A DNA stretch of 64,000 nt from Neoconidiobolus thromboides FSU 785 (GCA_025603075.1 MU626261.1:62001-126000); one strand, 5' to 3'. Counted from the first letter of the stretch, positions 38,150 to 51,786 are shown. Translations and numbers: made by a program. The notes: generated by a model not told the origin, from the sequence alone.

Positions 38150-38675
38150 TTTTTTTAATTTGATTTTAAAATAACTTTATTGAAATACGTGTAAATTAAC
38201 AAAACTTTTATTGAATTTAACAAAAATTGCTAGTTCAGTAAGGATTTTACTAATATAGCCTATATAAAGATATCAATTAAAGTTTTAACATATAAATAAA
38301 TATATACTTTTGTAAAGCTTTACTAAGAAATATTTATTATGAGCTCCTTTATAATTAGTATTGCAGATTTGCTATTAAATAAATAAATAATTTCAATATT
38401 ATAATTATATGATTAATATATGGGAGTGTTTTTTTTAACTTCATTATTTTTTCCATTTTTTAAGCGCTATTTAAGCGGAAAATTTGTTAGTAAAATTCTT
38501 AAACACAAAAATACATCCCCATATTATTAAGTTAATAAATAACTGCATGGGAAAAAATAGCTAGTTTTAAAACCATAATTGATTGCTTTTATATAATACA
38601 AACAATAGAATCATTTTTACTTATTATTATAACTTTTTCTAAAAATATTTATCAAGTTAATTATTAGTAATCTAG
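38150..38675 (+). repeat. Diverged copy of the palindrome-arm sequence (family C), interrupted by a MITE
   Basis: Aligns by eye with ~11260-11676, e.g. ATTGCAGATTTGCTATTAAATAAA vs ATTGTAGATTTACTATTAAATAAA; homology stops at AATCTAG. Confidence 0.7.
38422..38520 (+). mobile_element. MITE family A copy nested in family C
   Basis: ATAT on both flanks; the empty paralogous site has a single ATAT at 11514-11517. Confidence 0.9.
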
Positions 38676-38734
38676 TTAATATTAATATCTAATACTTAGT
38701 TTCTATCAATAGACCATTTACTTATTTAATATAT

Positions 38735-38832
38735 GGGGATGTATTTTTGTATTTAAGAGTTTTACTAACAATCTTTCCACTCAAATAATGCTTAAAAGAT
38801 GGAAAAAGTAATTAAGCCAAAAAAACATCCCC
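38735..38832 (-). mobile_element. MITE family A copy (reverse orientation)
   Basis: Intact TIRs; flanks ATAT / AAAT. Confidence 0.85.
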
Positions 38833-39054
38833 AAATATTAAAACTTTTAAATTTTAAGTTATTTTTTAATATTTTAGCTTTTTTGATTTACCAGATACTG
38901 GATAATAATATAACTTGTTATTATATTTGATAATATATAAATAATTTCTAATTGCTTATATCCTTGTTTTTTTTATATTTTTAGAAGTCGTATATGTTTT
39001 TATTATTATTAATGTGAGATATCGCTTTGTCAGCTTTATAACTAATCATAATAT

Positions 39055-39152
39055 GAGGATGTTTTTTTTGATTCCATTACTTTTCCATTTTTTAAGCGCT
39101 ATTTGAGTGGAAAAATTATTAGTAAAATTCATAAACGAAAAAATACATCCTC
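39055..39152 (+). mobile_element. MITE family A copy
   Basis: Consensus body; ATAT on both flanks. Confidence 0.85.
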
Positions 39153-39234
39153 ATATGATAATATAATCAATTTAAAGTTCCTTATTTTGATTTGCTATAA
39201 AGATATCTACCACCTAATTATGAAAAACACTATC

Positions 39235-39681
39235 TTCTTATTTTAATATCCATACTTGATAATTACAATAAAAAACTATAATCACTATTATATTCTTTAT
39301 ATACAGTCCTTTAATTAAAGTATTAAAAAACTTTAACATAATAACTTGAAAGTTTTTAATTAAACTATTTTTTAACATTACATTTTCAATAAAGCTATCA
39401 AGTTTTATAGCATTTTTTATATATTTTGTAATACTATTTTTATTTTATTTGCTTTATATAGTTTATAGCTTACTATATGAGAGTGTTTTTTTTGACTTCA
39501 TTGTTTTTTCCATTTTTTAAGTGCTACTTGAGCGGAAAGTTTGTTAGTAAAATTCTTAAATACATCCCCATACGGTATCATTATTGATTTAAGTTCATTT
39601 TAATTATATAAATTAAAACTTTTTGACTTATACCCAGTTAGTCAAGCAAAAACTGGTTTTAACTTTAACTACCGAGTACTA
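39235..39681 (+). repeat. Repeat family B copy (diverged) with a nested MITE
   Basis: Aligns with 11715-12124 and ends GAGTACTA. Confidence 0.65.
39479..39569 (+). mobile_element. MITE family A copy with a short internal deletion, nested in family B
   Basis: Consensus body; same host position as the 11916 copy. Confidence 0.8.
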
Positions 39682-41210
39682 ACTTTGATGATTTCTTTTA
39701 AAGCACTAATTATATATGTTATTGACTAAATTTATTATTATAACAAATCATATTTATTGTATTTTTTTTGGTATGTTAAAGTTTTTAAAAATTTATTTTA
39801 AAGTTCAATTATGAAGTTTATGTTTTATTCTTATTTTAATAAAAGGTAAAATAACTATATGCATATTATATATTTATTAAGTATTTAATAAGAATAACAT
39901 AAAGTATATGAAAATATATTCTTTTAATAATTTACTAATGTTTTTTTAAAACTATGTTTAAAAAATACAAAAATAATAAAATTAAAAAAACCATCTATAT
40001 ATAATTTAAAAAAAATAAAACTTTTAAAATAAAACTCAAGTAAAAAGATTTAACTTTAAGCTTTATTAAATTTGACTAATTATATATTGAAGGCTTATAA
40101 ATTTAAAAGTTTAAATTTTAAATATCAAACAAATTCTGAAACTAAAAAAAATATGTTAATGTCCATTTTGTTATACTATTATGTTTCCTTTTTATTCAAT
40201 ATAATGTTTAATAAGTTAGTAGTTGGATGCTTAGGTAAATAAGGTATTTTTATACTGTAACTTTTTATTATAATAGGGTTCCTCTAGTAACTCTTTCAGA
40301 TCCTAAACTTGAATGAAAAATGTCGGTGAGAAAAATAAATTCCCACAGGCAGAAAGTTAACTCTTAAATTAAATTTATAGATTATAATAAGATGGTATTT
40401 ATAAAAGAGCTCAAGTTAATTTTAATGATCTTGTTTCTGTTTTATTATAATATTATTTAAATAAGTTCAAGTATTAGATTGACATAAGTTTAATATAAAA
40501 ATTGACCCAACTTGTTTCAACTTTGAAAGCATATAATATACAAGTCACTCTCGAAAATACTCAATTGCTCACTACCATATACAATCTTTTCATTGATGGT
40601 CAATCCTATAAAAACATTTTTATTTTAGCTCAACATAAACAACATTTAATAAATTCATTAATCATCATCGAATACTTTGGGTTTGATATACAATATCATA
40701 AGCTAAATGATTTTACTAACTTTATGATTGTAGGTAAAATATACTACAGTAGTCAAAATAATAAATCAAGTTAGGTTATACCACTAATTAAATTCCAATA
40801 TATCTAATAAATAGGACTATAAAGCATCATCCTAATATTTATAAAGTGATCCGATTTAAAGTTTTGGGTGTGTTGAAGAGTTATTGACATTAAACCCAAA
40901 ACACAATTATATCCATTAAATTAAGGTTCCATCCCTTTAAATATACTATTCTTGCTTTTATTACTAAGCTCACTCTCCTAAAAAGTTAATAAAAAATAAT
41001 ATTCAATAGACTTTAGTGAAATATATCCTTAATCATAGTATAATTAAAAACTATCTACCTAAAATGCTATAAAAATATAGTGCTTTAAAATTTAAAGCTA
41101 AATGTTAACTATCAAAAAATTTTAATTACCAAAATCTATCCCATTTATCCAATTAGTAAGAGCTTTTAATTATAAATTAACTCCTTTTTTTATTCCCTCA
41201 AGAGGTTGAT

Positions 41211-42291
41211 TTAAACAGATTCTTGAATTTCTGGTTCTTTGAATTCAGCACGAGCAACTTTGTTACCTGAATCATCACCAGCAGCTTCACCGTGAAGTTC
41301 CATAAGTTTGGTATAATCAACTTTTGGAGACTTAAGGATCTTAGCTTTACGAACGTAAACATTTTGAAGTGGGAAGATTGGTTCACAAGCTTTGGTGATA
41401 GCAAGTCCAATAGATTCTGGGGCAAATTTTTGGAAAAGAGACTTAATATCACAGCTGGAAGCTTCTTGAGTCATAATTTCGAACATCTTTTTACGGATGG
41501 AACGGACTTGAGAAGCTTGAGCATAAGTAGTCTTCTTAACTTGGTTGGTACGTCTCTTGGTGAAAGCAATAGCAAAGAGACGAACTAAATAGCCATCGGT
41601 GGTCTTAACATCAACGAAGGCTTCAATAAGGGTCTATTTCTATTTTTAGAAAAAAAAGGCCAATAATAGTTTGATTAAGTTTTACCTGCCATTTCTTAAC
41701 AAGAGAGCGGATTTTATCAGAAGTAAAATCCATACCATGGAAAGTGGTAAGGAGGTTCTTTCCGTTAACTTCTTCACATCTAAGCTTAATCTTACGGAAA
41801 GCATTTTCTTCTTCTTTGTTAAGATCACCAACGGAAACTTCGAATACACGACCCTTGAGGGAGTCATTGGCATTCTCTAATATTGTTTTAAAAAAATGAA
41901 ATAAAAATTAAATTGAATCTTACTCATTCCTTGGGAACGGTTAACAAGGGTTTTACCAACATTACGGAATTTGAAGATGGATGGAGCTTTAACATCATAC
42001 CAATCTTTACGGGTGAATGGGTCAACACTATTATAATTGAATTTAATTTATTTTCATCTTGATATATCCTTTAATTTCGATTTTTCGACACGATTATAAT
42101 AGGATTTTAGATGGATGAATGACTTACACTTTCTTCTTGAGACCCTTTTTTCCTTTTGAAAGACGCCTAGTTAATTAAAATGTAAGCAATTTTGTCTTTG
42201 AATTTGTAAATTCCAATTCCAATTTATTTATATTTCTATCTTTATTCATATTTCTCTTTTCAATTACATACTTATTTTTTCCTACAGCCAT
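41211..42291 (-). CDS. RPS1: 40S ribosomal protein eS1 (S1/S3a), 258 aa
   Basis: Exons 42291-42272, 42166-42128, 42027-41924, 41876-41686, 41633-41211 give [36 protein letters not shown]...[19 protein letters not shown]. Confidence 0.97.
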
Positions 42292-43587
42292 AGTGAAGTT
42301 GTTTGTTTTGGTTTAGGAACTTTATGGACGCAAACGCGAAGAGGAAGATGCTTTTAACTTATTCATTATCTTAAATTGCAGCTTCCCATTATTCGCTGGT
42401 AAACTCAGAATTTCATGTTTAATTCTGCTAAATTTCGCTTTACAAATAAAATCACTTAATTAAGTCGATTCACGGCAATTCATTGGATTAAAAATTGACG
42501 ATCGAAATTTTAGTATTATTAATAAATTTAATTGATATTGTTATATTATATTTAAGTTGTATTATTAAATGATTTTTGAATTCATATTATTATGCTTTAT
42601 TATATATATTTTTTAGTATTTATTGTTTTAATGGATATCAAATTTAACTGAGATTTCAAAATATTTCAATTTAATTGATGGTGTTTAATTGGTCTATAAA
42701 TCACTAACAAAGTTTTCGAAACTATAAGTTAATTTAATAATAAAATATATATCATAGTGTTATTATATATATTAATAGTAAAGCATTAAAAATTTTCAAT
42801 ATAACGATTTACGATAATATAGCCTTTGGCTTTTTTCGCAACAAATACTTAATTATTTAATGGGATGGTTTGGTAGAAATGTATTAATAAAAAGCAAATA
42901 AATAAATAAAAAATGAGAGATTTTTAACTTTATTTTTAAAATTTAGATAATATACTGTTTATGTAATAATTGATTATAAGAAAATGTTGTTTATTTCTTA
43001 CCTTTATGTTTTTTATAAATATTTTATAATACAAACTATAAGCAAATTAAAGAGTGTCAAGTACTATATTCTGTTAAGTATCTTATTTTTTATAATTAAT
43101 ATTTATGACAAAAATATTAAAATTTAAAATACACCTGGTTTTTTTTAAATCAAATCAATAATGTATAGATATAGATATAAATAAAAAAATTAAATATTTT
43201 TCTTTCTATCGCATTAGTATATAGTAAACTATTAGAAGGCCAAAAATTTATACCTAATTATTTTAAATACTTGGATTATCTTTGGATGTTTTTTATCTTG
43301 ATCCTTATCCAAAATGAGTAGTGCTATTTTAAAGTTCGGAACAGAATGAACAGTGTTTATTTCAAGTAAAATAGAATAAAAAATAAATGTCACCTAAAAT
43401 AATGAATATACTTCGGAAGTTATCAAAAAATACGATAAGCAACCGAATAAGAGGTTGGCATGTTAGTCCCTTAATCTTTTTAATAATTAAAACGTAAATA
43501 ACATTTTTGAAGTCAAATTTTCAATAAAAAATTATTAAATTAAAAAACACCATAAGTTCCTAATTTGAAGAACAAAAGTTCAAAACT

Positions 43588-45861
43588 ATGAATTTCAAAG
43601 CCAATAAAGTAGCAGAAGCAAATAACCAGAAAGGAACACGTCATAGCTCAAGGTATATAAATTGGAAAAATTGTCCACTTGGAAGCTTTAAAAAAATGAC
43701 CGGAATTGATATACAGCAACCACAAAGCATAAAACCTAGTAAAGTCTCTGAAGTCGAGGGCATCCGTTTAAGATTTGATATTGATGTAGAAGATTTACAA
43801 AATTTAAGTGAAGAATTGATAGCTATTGGTCGTAAAGAATATGATGCCATTGCTAACTTAAAAGCTGAAGAATGTAACTTTGATACTGTATTTAAACGTT
43901 TAGCTGAATTAGAGACTTGGTATGGTACTTATAAGAGTATTGTCTACATGCCACAGCACGTCCATACCGATAAGGCCCTTCGTGAAGAAAGTTCTAAATT
44001 GGAGCACAAGTTGAGTGAATTTGAAATTGAAGTTTCTATGCGTGAAGATTTTTATGAAGCTGTTAAGAATGCACAGCGTAACATCGATGTCAGTAAATTA
44101 AATTCAGAAGATCAAAAATTTATTGAAAAAACAGTATTAGAATTTAAACGTAATGGTTTGGATTTGCCAAAGGATAAGAGAGAAGAATTGAAAACCATTT
44201 TGAATAAATTATCTGAACTTTCAATTGTCTTTGCTAAAACAATTGCTGAAGATGAAACTGAAATTGAACTTACTAGAGAAGAATTAGATGGACTTCCAGA
44301 AGATTTTATTAATAATCTTAAACAAAAGAAGAATGATAATGGACAACAAGTTTATTTATTAACCATGAAATATCCGGATGTTGTACCAACATTAGAAAAT
44401 GCTAAATTAAGCTCAACTCGTCAAAAAGTAGAAAAAGTATATAACTCTAGATGTTCTAGTAATATTGAAGTATTAGAACAAGCACTTCAATTACGTCTCA
44501 AAGCTGCTAACTTATTGGGTTATAAAAATCATGCAGATTTTAAATTAGAATTGAAGATGGCTAAAAAAGCAGATGCAGTTAATAAATTTTTAAATGATTT
44601 AAGAGATACCTTAACTACTTATGGTAAACAAGAACTCCCTGAATTATTACAACTTAAAAAGACGTTTGAAGCGGAGGCTAACGAAATTCATTCTTACGAT
44701 ACTAGTTATTTAAAGAACCAATTATTAAAAAATAAGTTCAAAGTAGATCATCAAAAGATCAAAGAATATTATCCATTAGATCAAGTAACTGAAAAGATGT
44801 TGGAATTATATCAAAAAGTATTAAATTTGAAATTTGAAACAATTGAAAATAATTTTAGCTGGAATTTAGATACACCACAAGATATCAAATTAATTAAAGT
44901 TAGTGATGGTACAACTCAGGAATTGATGGGCTATTTTTATCTAGATTTGTTTCCACGTCCAGGTAAATATTCCCATGCAGCATGTTTCCCAATCCAAAGT
45001 GGTGCTCAATTATCTAATGGTACTCGTCAAGTACCAGTTGCTGCTATGGTGGCTAATTTTACAAAACCCACAACATCATCACCTTCTTTATTAAGACATA
45101 GTGAAATAGTGACTTATTTCCATGAATTAGGTCATGTAATGCATACCATTTGCTCAAAAACCAAGTATTCTAGATTCCATGGTACTAATGTAGAAGGTGA
45201 TTTCGTGGAAGCTCCTTCTCAAATGTTAGAAAATTGGTGTTGGGATAAAAAAATATTATCTTATCTTTCATCTCATTATGAATCTAATGATAAAATACCT
45301 GAGGAATTAATTGATTCTTTAATTGATTCTAAAAATGTTGGCTCTGGCTTATTTTATCTTCGTCAATTATTGTTTGCTATTTTTGATTTAAAAATTCATT
45401 CTATTGAAACTGGTAATTGCTTATATTAGTTATTATTTAAATTTTATATTAATTATTTTATTAGATGAAAGGTTAAATATTAATGAGTTATTTCTTAATT
45501 TAAAGAAAGAAATTTCATTAGTATCAGGACAGCCTGATACTTGTTTTGTAGCTACTTTTGGTCATTTAATGGGGGGTTATGATGCTGGATACTATGGTTA
45601 CCTTTGGTCCGAAGTGTTTTCTGCAGATATGTTTGCTAGTAAATTTAAATCATTGGATGATATTGCTGGTCCTAAAGTTGGTTTATCTTATAGAAATGAA
45701 ATTTTGTTACCTGGGGCTTCAAAGTAATTTTATTCAATTTTTTGTCTTTAGAATTTTTAACTTATTTCTTTTTTAGAGATGCTATTGATATGCTTACCTC
45801 TTTCCTAGATCGTGAACCTACTAATGAAGCTTTTCTTGAATCTATTAAACCAAAACTTTAA
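43588..45861 (+). CDS. M3A metallopeptidase (thimet oligopeptidase/neurolysin/Prd1-like), paralog 1 (~722 aa)
   Basis: Exons 43588-45412, 45465-45723, 45777-45861. Zinc motif [10 protein letters not shown]; [12 protein letters not shown]; [18 protein letters not shown]; [15 protein letters not shown]. Confidence 0.93.
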
Positions 45862-45923
45862 TAGTTTTATTTTAAAATAAAATATTATTATATAAAATAA
45901 AGTAACATTTAAACTCCATTATT

Positions 45924-48335
45924 CTAATATTTTATTTGTTTCAAATCTCCAACAAAAGATTGAATAAAATGATCTGCTGATGGTTCTCTATTTAACAATT
46001 GTTTTAGCATATTAATAGCATCTCTGAAAATAATAAGTAAATAATAAAATAAACAATACAATATAAAATTACTTTGATCCACCTGAATTTAAAATAATAT
46101 TTCTATATAATTTACCACTTAGTTGATTATCATTATCATTTTGATTTTTAAATAGAGTATGATAAATATCAGCTGAATAAACTAGAGCCCAAAGATAACC
46201 ATAATATCCAGCATCATAGCCACCCATTATATGATTAAATGTAGCATTTGAAAATGTGTTTGGTTGAGTTTTACTTTTCAATATTTTATATCGAAGTTGT
46301 TTCATAAATTCAGTAGTATTTATGCTTTTAGCTAAAAAAAGCATATTATAATATTAAATATTAAAATAAAATATAATAACTTACCATCTCCTGTATGAAG
46401 ATACATATCATAAAAAGCGAATACTAACTGTCTTGACCAAAATAAAGCAGGTGTTAAATTTTTACTTAAAATTAAATTATCAATCATAGTATCTTCCAAT
46501 GGCTTTCCAGTTTGATAATGTTTTGATAATAGTTTTAGTTCTTTTTGATCCCAACACCAATTTTCCAATAGTTGAGATGGTGTTTCCACAAAATCATGTT
46601 CAACATTAACCCCAGTAAATTTAGAATATTTTGGTTTAGATAATACACAATGAAGGACATGTCCCAATTCATGAAAGTAAGTAATCACTTCATAATGACG
46701 AAGTAAACTTGGTCGATTTAATTGTTGATTTGGGGAAGTGAAATTACATACCATAGCTACAATGGGATATTGGAATTGTTGATTAAATTCACACCCTGGT
46801 TGTAATGGAAAACAAGCCGCATGAGTAAATTTACCTTCTCTCGGGTAAAGATCAAGGTAAAAATAGCCCAATACTTCTTTGCTATCTTTATCACTTACTT
46901 TAACTAAATCCACTTCCGGATCCCAATAATCCATTGTTTTATTTAAAATGGTAAATTCAATATTAAACAAATTGGAATAAATATTGAACATTTGTTCAGT
47001 TACATGGGGTAATGGAAAATATTCTTGTATTTTTTCTTGATCTATATTGCATTCTTTACTTATCAATTTCTCTTTATAATATGCCATATCCCAAGATTCC
47101 AATTCATTAGCATTTACATCCTCTTCTTTTTTAAGTTCTAATAAATTATATAACTCTTTTTGAAGTAAAGGTTCAAACCGATTTTTTAAATCTTCTAAAA
47201 AATCAAATACTATTTTTGGCTTATCTGCCATACGGCCTTTTAATCGATATTCTGCATAATTTTCGTAATCTAATATTTTAGCCACTTTTTCTCTTAATAC
47301 TAAGGCTCTTTCTAACAATGGAATATTCTGCTCACATCTAGAATTATAAACAAATTCAATCTTCTTTCTAATATCTGAATTTTTGGCTTTTTCTAATATT
47401 GGATTGATATCCGGGTATTTCATTGTAATTTCGAATTTAGGTTCTCCTTCTTCTCCATCTTCCACTTTTTTAACTGTTGAAAAATAAAATTCTGGAAGAC
47501 CTTCTAACTCGCTTTTTTTTAATTGAACCGTTGTATTATCCGCTGCAACGTTATTAGAAAATTGATTGGATAAATCAGATAATTCTACCAATGTATCTGA
47601 TAGCAATTGTCTCTTTTCAGTTTCCAAATGAAATCCAAGCTTATGATAGTCTTCTAATAATTTATTGATATACCTTTTATCTTCATCCGATAATTTTTTC
47701 ATTTCTTCCTTAACTTCCATATTTTTCTTCGCATTACAAACCGCATAATAAATATCCATCCTCATTGAAGATTGAATCGAATGTTTAGATAATTCTTGAT
47801 AAGCTTTAGAACAAGCTTGTCTTACCTCTTTATCCTTAGAAATATACATAGGAAAAGTACATGAGGAAGTATATGTAGTTGTCCAAGTTTCTAAGTCTGC
47901 TAATTTTGATATCACGGTTTCAGAATTACATTCTTCCGGTTTTAATACAGATATTTGGTCCAATATTTGTTGACTAGTATCAATGATATCTTGAGTTAAG
48001 CACTCGATTTGGGAAGCAGTCAAATCAAAATATAATAACGAATCTTCTAACGGTTCAGTTGATAAATTATCTATATGTTGTAATATCGTCTTTGGAGTTG
48101 AAAATATTGAGTTTGAACTGATGCTACTGTAATAGGTTGATTTTACTACATTTAGTTTATTAATCCCAAAATTCATCTTTTTACCATGATTGAGTGATAT
48201 ACCAGTTGATTTTATTCCATTGTTAATTAAAGATTTTGAATAAATTGATCTATATGCTTTATTGATAGTACATCTATTCGATTGTCTAAGTTTAATTGTC
48301 AATTGAAGTTTATTTAATTGATTTAAAATTGCCAT
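45924..48335 (-). CDS. M3A metallopeptidase paralog 2 with a mitochondrial-presequence-like N-terminus (~769 aa)
   Basis: Exons 48335-46385, 46331-46073, 46023-45924. [10 protein letters not shown]; FVETPSQLLENW; same two intron positions as paralog 1. Confidence 0.92.
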
Positions 48336-48466
48336 TTTATTTTAAAAAAATAGAAAATTCCACTTTTATCTTCGAAAATAAGAGTTCATTTAATTGGCTC
48401 AAGATTTGAGTAACAGATTGTTAATTTAAGTAATAAACTAAATTTATTTAATACAGTATTTCCATT
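48336..48466. promoter_or_regulatory. Compact bidirectional promoter region
   Basis: Only 131 bp separate the divergent start codons of M3 paralog 2 and SF3B4. Confidence 0.55.
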
Positions 48467-49577
48467 ATGTCCATTGTATTAGATCGTAATCAAGAAGCTA
48501 CTGTTTATGTAGGGAATTTAGATGAAAGATGTACAGAAGCATTAATATGGGAATTAATGTTACAAGTTGGACCAGTTGGTAAGTAGTTTTCAATGCTCGA
48601 TTTATTTAAAAAAACCATTTGATTTACTAATACTAACTAATAATTTTCAGTTAATGTGCATTTACCCAAAGATCGAGTGACGCAAGCCCATCAAGGGTAT
48701 GGTTTCTGTGAATTTACAACAGAAGAAGATGCTGATTATTGTATAAAAATTATGAATTTAATCAAACTTTTTGGTAAACCAATTAGGGTCAATAAGGTAA
48801 AATTTCAATTCGATTAAAAAAATAGAATTTAATAAAACTAATTAACTCAATTATTTCCTAATAGGCCACCGCAGATAAAAAGAGTTTAGAAGTGGGGGCG
48901 AATTTATTTGTTGGTAATTTAGATCCTTCTGTGGATGAAAAAATATTATATGATACTTTTTCGGCTTTTGGTACCTTGGTATTGCCACCTAAAGTAAATG
49001 GTTTCATTCCCATTTTTGAAAAATTAAACTAATCTAATTCTAATAAAAGGTAGGTAGAGACCTCGAAAGTGGTTCCTCCAAAGGTTTTGCCTTTGTTAGT
49101 TATGATAATTTTGATTCTTCGGATGCCGCTATTGATGCTATGAATGGACAGTATTTAGCAAATAAAGCAGTAACTGTTGTTTATGCATTAAAAAAAGATG
49201 GTAAAGGAGAAAGACATGGATCTGCAGCAGGTAATTTCAAGCTTTTTACTTTTGTTATTTAGAATTTTATTTAATTAATTTCAATAGAACGTTTACTCGC
49301 TGCTCAAGCAAGGAAAAATAACCCAGAAGTTATGTCGGGTAGATTAACAGCGGAAATGAGAATGAGAGCGGGGATTATGCCAACTGGTAATGTACCTCCA
49401 AATTTCCCTCCCCAGAATCATCAAGGTGGTTATGCCCCTCCTCCTCCTCCTTCGAATGGTAGGTGTTTTATTTATTAAATATTTCTTTTTTTACTAGTTT
49501 GAATAGGTTATATGCCACCACCTCAAAATGATTATTATAATCACCCACCTCCACCTCCACCAGCTGGGTATTATTAA
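48467..49577 (+). CDS. SF3B4: Splicing factor 3B subunit 4 (SAP49/Hsh49): two RRMs and a Pro-rich tail
   Basis: Not in the ORF track; spliced through 5 short introns. [81 protein letters not shown]. Confidence 0.95.
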
Positions 49578-50026
49578 AAATGGAAGATATTAATAGGATA
49601 GTTTTTTAAGTGAATGAAAAGGATCAAATCAATGTAGAAAAATGGTTTCATTAATTTGTTTTAAAATGAAATAAAATAGGCTTGTTGTTTATAATAATTA
49701 TTTTATTGTTTTGAATAGTTTAATAGATATCTTCAATAGATTTATAATAACGTTAGATATTTTACAAAATATTCCATTATGTATAATTCAATTTGTTGCT
49801 TTGTTTCATTTTCAATTAACTATTAGTTTTTAAAATAGATTGATTTTAAACATCCAATTGGATTGAATCAACTTTCAATAGTTTATCTTAGAGCATCTTC
49901 ACTCCCCAATAATAATAACAATAATAGCCAAACTCTCCGATGCATTCATTTTCAAAAACAAACCCTTATTACACAAAGAAAAAATAAACTTTATTTGGCT
50001 TCAAATCGATCAAAAAAAAACATGGT

Positions 50027-50660
50027 TTAATTTCCTCTACCTCTACCTCCTCTTTGGTTACCACCACCTCGGGTTTGAGTGCGATCCCTGTTTAGTTTCT
50101 TTTTATTCATATTAGCTCGAGCTGCTTCTAAAACCTATACAATTCAAATACATTTAATTAATATCTCAATATATTTTGTTTCTATGCTTTTATAATCATT
50201 TCTAAAAAAAAAAAAAGTGTTTTAATAAGAAAATTTACTTACATTATCTGGTACTCTAATAGTTTTGATATTATAACCTTTAAGGAAACATTCCGGTAAT
50301 CGCCAAAACCTTGAACCGTCCTAAAATACCATTTATAAATCTTCATTCAATAAAACTGTCAAAAATAAAACAGTTAAAAAATAAAGCAATTGGTTTCTTA
50401 CCGCTGATGTTTGTATCACTTCTCTTAATGTTAAATTCATAAAACTATCACAATTTATTAAATGTCCATTAAATGTTTCTCCATTTTTTAGTTCCACCAT
50501 CTATTATTCAAAATTTCATTAATTTCAATCATACTCAAGTAATTCCTCTCACTTACCGCTGGATGGCCTTCTGCTGAATGTAATAATCCTAATGGTAACT
50601 GAGTACATTTAGTAATTTGGATTTATAATAATTATTAGAGTAGTTGTATTTTACCACCAT
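50027..50660 (-). CDS. LSM4: U6 snRNA-associated Sm-like protein Lsm4
   Basis: Not in the ORF track; micro first exon at 50660. [61 protein letters not shown] and an RG-rich tail. Confidence 0.9.
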
Positions 50661-51372
50661 AATTTTTATTTTCAAAAATAGATTCTTTAATTTAAAGTTC
50701 AATTTTTTATATGGATTGCGTAAATTTTAGTTTAAGCATCTGGACTTGTCTTTTTGTTATTTTTAAATGTGTAACTTAATTTGAGAGTAAATTTTCAAAA
50801 TTGCTCAATTAAGATTTAGTCAATTCAAATGTTTTAATAAAAATAAATTATTATTAAATTATACTATTATCAAATTATACTATTGTTAAATTTGAGCAAT
50901 AACACATTTAAGATTGTAAAAGAAATTAGTTCTTAAAATTAATGAACTAAAATTCAACAATACAATATTTTATTATAAAAAGAAAATAAAAGAAAATAAT
51001 TTTACAAAAGAAAAGCTAATAAATAAACTACTGATTTAACAAAAAAGCTATTTAAATAAAAATAATAGTAAAATAAACACTGGAGTTAAACTGAGTGAAA
51101 TTTAAAAAGACAATGAAAATAATAAAAAAGTTTTTTAAAATGAAGTAATCAAATTATATTTACACAATTTAATTAAAAATAAAATCAAAAAATCAAATAT
51201 TTATTTTGTTGTTAAACCTGTTATAGTTAACAAATTAATAAATAAAAATTTTATTAACTTGATTCCAGCTTTTTAAAAAACTCCATCAAATTAAAAAAAA
51301 AAGGAAAAATATAATAAGTTACTTAGTAAATTTTAGAAAGTATTTAATATTAGAAAAATAAAACTAATATAT

Positions 51373-51463
51373 GGTAATGTTTTCTTTGATTTTATCATTT
51401 TTTGTATTTAAGTGCTATTTGAGCAGAGAGATTGTTAGTAAAATTATAAAAAGATACATCTCT
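51373..51463 (+). mobile_element. MITE family A copy (degenerate)
   Basis: Recognisable core AAGTGCTATTTGAGC...GTTAGTAAAATT; termini decayed. Confidence 0.55.
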
Positions 51464-51690
51464 ATATATTAAAATTTGGTCAAAATCTAAAAATAAATTA
51501 CTAAAAAACTATTATAAATAATATAATAGTTATTGAAAAAAACTGAGTAACTGAGTATTAAACATAATACAATAGGTTTAAAAGTTAAAAAGAAGAAGTA
51601 AAAATCAAATAAATATAGGAAAAAACTGAGATAATAGAATTTTCTAAAATTATCTTAAATACAAATAAAACTGTTAAATAATATTTATAT

Positions 51691-51786
51691 GGGGATGTAT
51701 TTTTTATTTAAGAATTTTACCAACAATCTTTCCACTCAAATAGTACTTAAAAAGCGGAAAGTAATGAAACCAAAAAAAACATCCCC
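51691..51786 (-). mobile_element. MITE family A copy (reverse orientation)
   Basis: GGGGATGT...ACATCCCC termini; ATAT on both flanks. Confidence 0.88.

Noticed and set aside
42028-42271. Longer (~100-nt) RPS1 introns as possible snoRNA hosts
   Set aside because: No C (RTGATGA) and D (CTGA) box pair or H/ACA hairpins visible.
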